This document shows, piece by piece, positions 16,097 through 19,054 of a DNA stretch of 19,054 nucleotides. A model generated the notes under the pieces. The model worked only from the letters and a program-made list of their open reading frames with translations. It was not told where the DNA came from and did no database searches. The first letter of the stretch is position 1. Each line of letters begins with the position of its first letter. Origin of the DNA: Thermoplasmatota archaeon (GTDB lineage: Archaea; Thermoplasmatota; Penumbrarchaeia; Penumbrarchaeales; Penumbrarchaeaceae); assembly GCA_965234725.1 (NCBI GenBank), contig CBDDUX010000061.1, forward strand, positions 1 through 19,054, written 5' to 3'. Made by a program: the position numbers and the translations under genes.

Positions 16097-18991
16097 TTGG
16101 GCAGGCGTGTTCAGGAATTGATCGGTCATCATGTCCTGAATAACCTGGTCAGGCAGGTGGGTCCATTGCCAGAGGAAGGTTCAGAGATCAGCAATATCCG
16201 ATCATCGGAAATTGAAGATGTTCTGAAAGATCTGGTATCATCGACCAATGGCCTTTCCCATGAAGAAGCCCGGAAACGGCTACTACGTGACGGCCCCAAT
16301 GAGATACCCACGATACGAAGGAGCTTCCTGGCAAGAGTGGCCCACCAGATATTCGATTTTGTGATCATTTTACTTCTTGGGATCGCACTTGTCCTCGCAC
16401 TGCTTGCATTTTTATTCCCTGACAATGGCTCCACATCCTTTCAGACCTCGATAGCTATTGTCGGTGTGATCGTCCTGAGCTGGGTCCTGATAATTTTCCA
16501 GATGTATTCTGCCGAGCGATCCCTGGATGCTCTCAGGAAGGTCGGAGCCCCAAGGGCGAAGGTCAAGAGGGATGGCAAATGGATCGAGGTCCCGACCAGG
16601 GAACTCGTCCAGGGTGATATTGTAATGCTGGGAGAGGGAGACAGGATCCCGGCCGATGGAAGGATCATTTCAAGCGTCCGTTTGTCAGTGGATGAATCTT
16701 CCCTTACGGGAGAATCCGTTAACGTCGAAAAAGTAGTGAGACCCCTAAAGATCAAGGATCCCTCCCTCCATGAAATGATCAATATGGTTTTCATGTCAAC
16801 TGTGGTGGCAAGGGGAAGCGGTGAAGCTGTCATCACCGGAGTGGGACAGAGAACAGAATTGGGAAAGATCGCCAAAGGGATCAAAGAGGCCCCTGAACCT
16901 GAGATCCCGCTTCAAAAGAAGATGAGCCAGCTTGCCAGGACCTTTTCTCTGATAATGCTGGTCCTTGTCCTTGTCCTAACATTGATACAGATGTTCAGGC
17001 TATATCTGAAGGACGATCTTGTAATGGATTCTATCATTGAACTTCTTGTCAATTCAGTGATCCTGAGCGTTGTTGCCGTTCCCTGGAGCTTCCCTATCAT
17101 CACGACCTCTGTCATGGCAAGAGGCATGATATATCTGGTCAAGGACAATGCGATAGTCAGAAGGGTCGCATCCATCGAGGGATTGGGAAGGGTCTCTGTG
17201 ATCTGTTCGGACAAGACAGGGACCATGACCCAGAACGCCATGACGGTAAGGACGGTCTATCATGACGGCAGATATCGGACTGTAACAGGAACTGGTTACG
17301 GACCGAAGGGAATGATCGAAGGTATTGATATTAAAGATAGGACTGAAAAGGGCGGTTTCCTTAAGCTGATGATCCGATCAGGATCTCTTAACAACGATGC
17401 CAGGTTAGTCAATGATGGGGAAGGATGGAAGGTCCTTGGAGATCCCACTGAAGGAGCTCTTAAGACACTTGCAATGAAAGCGGGTATCGAAGAGGATTTG
17501 AACAAAGGGAAAGTGGTCAGGGAGATACCTTTCGACTCAGACAGAAGGATGATGACAAAGGTTTTCGAAACCCCTGATGGTGTCTTCGTCCATTCCAAGG
17601 GCGGCTTCGAGGTCATGATCGAAAAGTGCGATAGAACGATCTTGAACGGCAGGTCGGTCCCGATGTCGGCGGTTCAAAGGGAAGCTATTGAAAAGGCAAA
17701 TCATGAAGTGAATATGAAGGCCGAGAGAACCCTGGCCTTTGCTTACAAGAATATCGATATCCCCTTGAAGGAATTGGTTGAGATGGATGACGGGGAGATC
17801 GAGAAAGGTCTTGTCTTCCTGGGATTCGTGGGTATGATGGACCCTCCAAAGGAAGGCGTCCGGGAGGCTGTCAGTAAATGTCGCGAAGCCGGGATCAAGG
17901 TTGTCATGATCACCGGGGACAGTATGGGGACGGCAACTGCAATAGCATCCGACCTGGGAGTAATGAAGAAAGGTGACCTTGTGCTCGAAGGGAGCGATCT
18001 GCCGGTATCCGATGATGTCCTGGACAAGGTCAGTGTTTTCTGCAGGGTCTCGCCGGATCAAAAGGTCGATATTGTCACAGCCTATCGTAAAAAGGGCAGC
18101 ATCATTGCCATGACCGGGGATGGTATGAACGATGCCGCGGCCCTGAAGAACGCTGATGTAGGTGTGGCAATGGGAATGAGCGGTGTGGATGTGGCAAAAG
18201 AGGCTTCTCAGATCATACTTTCTGACGATAATTTCGCCACACTGGTCACAGCAGTTCACAGGGGGAGGCAGATATTCGACAATATCAGAAAAAGCATAAC
18301 TTATCAGATATACACGAATCTCTCGGAACTGTCTATCATGTTCATAGGTTCCCTTCTGTTCGTAGATCAGATGATGAGCGAGAAGCATCTTCTTTTCCTG
18401 TATTTTTCCACACATCTATTCCCGGTGGCGGCCCTTGTACTTGACAGGACCACCGCAGGTGTGATGAAGGAGCCTCCAAGGGATGCCAAGGAAGGAATAG
18501 TGTCCTCCAAGGTGATCGGTAAACTGGGGTTGATGATAGCCACCATGGCAATTATCGCTCTTTCCATGTTCTATCTACTTGATGGGAATTTCATCGATAT
18601 AGGGATCAAGGGGGATGGAGAGGAGACCATACAGACCATGATACTCACCTTTGTCGTATGGGCCGAGTGTATCAACCTCTTCAACAGCCTTTCAATGAAA
18701 GACTCGCTGATAACTCAGATCAGAGAGAGGAGCATGCTTCTCTCGGTCCTAATGGCCTCGATACCCGTGGGGGCACTTACCTTCTGCATGTATTTCAGAG
18801 GGTTCGGTGATGCCATGGACCTCTCCGCCCTCACACCGCTCCAGTATTCGATCTCGGTCCTGTCCGGTCTTGCCATTATTCCTGTTGTGGAGTTGTTCAA
18901 GGTCTACGTGAGAGGGTCCTACGGAAGATCGAGAGGGATCGAAAGGGGGCCGAAAAGGAAAATGGAGATAAGAATTAGGCAAGGTAATTAA
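16097..18991 (+). CDS. P-type ATPase, P2A-like scaffold with non-canonical transport-site residues
   Basis: TTG start after GGAG. Motifs DESSLTGES, CSDKTGT, GDPTE, FDSDRRMM, KG, DPP, MITGD and TGDGMNDAAALK. TM4 reads AVPWSFP. Confidence 0.95.
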   Translation: MGRRVQELIGHHVLNNLVRQVGPLPEEGSEISNIRSSEIEDVLKDLVSSTNGLSHEEARKRLLRDGPNEIPTIRRSFLARVAHQIFDFVIILLLGIALVLALLAFLFPDNGSTSFQTSIAIVGVIVLSWVLIIFQMYSAERSLDALRKVGAPRAKVKRDGKWIEVPTRELVQGDIVMLGEGDRIPADGRIISSVRLSVDESSLTGESVNVEKVVRPLKIKDPSLHEMINMVFMSTVVARGSGEAVITGVGQRTELGKIAKGIKEAPEPEIPLQKKMSQLARTFSLIMLVLVLVLTLIQMFRLYLKDDLVMDSIIELLVNSVILSVVAVPWSFPIITTSVMARGMIYLVKDNAIVRRVASIEGLGRVSVICSDKTGTMTQNAMTVRTVYHDGRYRTVTGTGYGPKGMIEGIDIKDRTEKGGFLKLMIRSGSLNNDARLVNDGEGWKVLGDPTEGALKTLAMKAGIEEDLNKGKVVREIPFDSDRRMMTKVFETPDGVFVHSKGGFEVMIEKCDRTILNGRSVPMSAVQREAIEKANHEVNMKAERTLAFAYKNIDIPLKELVEMDDGEIEKGLVFLGFVGMMDPPKEGVREAVSKCREAGIKVVMITGDSMGTATAIASDLGVMKKGDLVLEGSDLPVSDDVLDKVSVFCRVSPDQKVDIVTAYRKKGSIIAMTGDGMNDAAALKNADVGVAMGMSGVDVAKEASQIILSDDNFATLVTAVHRGRQIFDNIRKSITYQIYTNLSELSIMFIGSLLFVDQMMSEKHLLFLYFSTHLFPVAALVLDRTTAGVMKEPPRDAKEGIVSSKVIGKLGLMIATMAIIALSMFYLLDGNFIDIGIKGDGEETIQTMILTFVVWAECINLFNSLSMKDSLITQIRERSMLLSVLMASIPVGALTFCMYFRGFGDAMDLSALTPLQYSISVLSGLAIIPVVELFKVYVRGSYGRSRGIERGPKRKMEIRIRQGN

Positions 18992-19054
18992 TGGTAATGT
19001 AATTTCAGTACTTCACTAAGTTCCTCCCAGATATGATGGATTTTCGTATACAAG

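Noticed and set aside
17537..18415. 292-aa minus-strand ORF and other short antisense ORFs across the window
   Set aside because: They lie fully opposite well-supported genes and are codon-bias shadows.
1..19054. CRISPR array, rRNA, IS or integrase
   Set aside because: No regularly spaced repeats, rRNA-like sequence, or transposase/recombinase motifs were seen.

Overview
Gene-dense, probably archaeal window. BRE/TATA-like promoters, GGTGA/GGAG Shine-Dalgarno motifs and probable leaderless genes point to archaea; the gene mix suggests Thermoplasmatota (inference). From left to right it holds: two tandem paralogous secreted proteins with GxxxG repeats (the first is cut by the window edge and missing from the ORF track); an atypical Zn-lid adenylate kinase; a coupled DUF4350-like/GmhB-like/NagD-like operon; a divergent flavin reductase/nitroreductase pair; an AT-rich PIN toxin plus unannotated 42-aa partner between 14-bp near-direct repeats; and two paralogous Asp-box beta-propeller surface proteins flanking an ornithine cyclodeaminase/alanine dehydrogenase. 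The last four genes are an AT-rich pair (CxxCH/cytochrome-b-like fusion plus a 138-aa minimal heme-attachment protein), a GT4 glycosyltransferase and a P2A-like P-type ATPase. The strongest novelty candidates are (1) the ATPase, whose catalytic motifs are intact but whose Ca2+ site II ligands are all replaced (PEGL>PWSF, N>Y, D>H), and (2) the cytochrome/mini-maturase module. No rRNA, complete tRNA, CRISPR array or transposase was seen.
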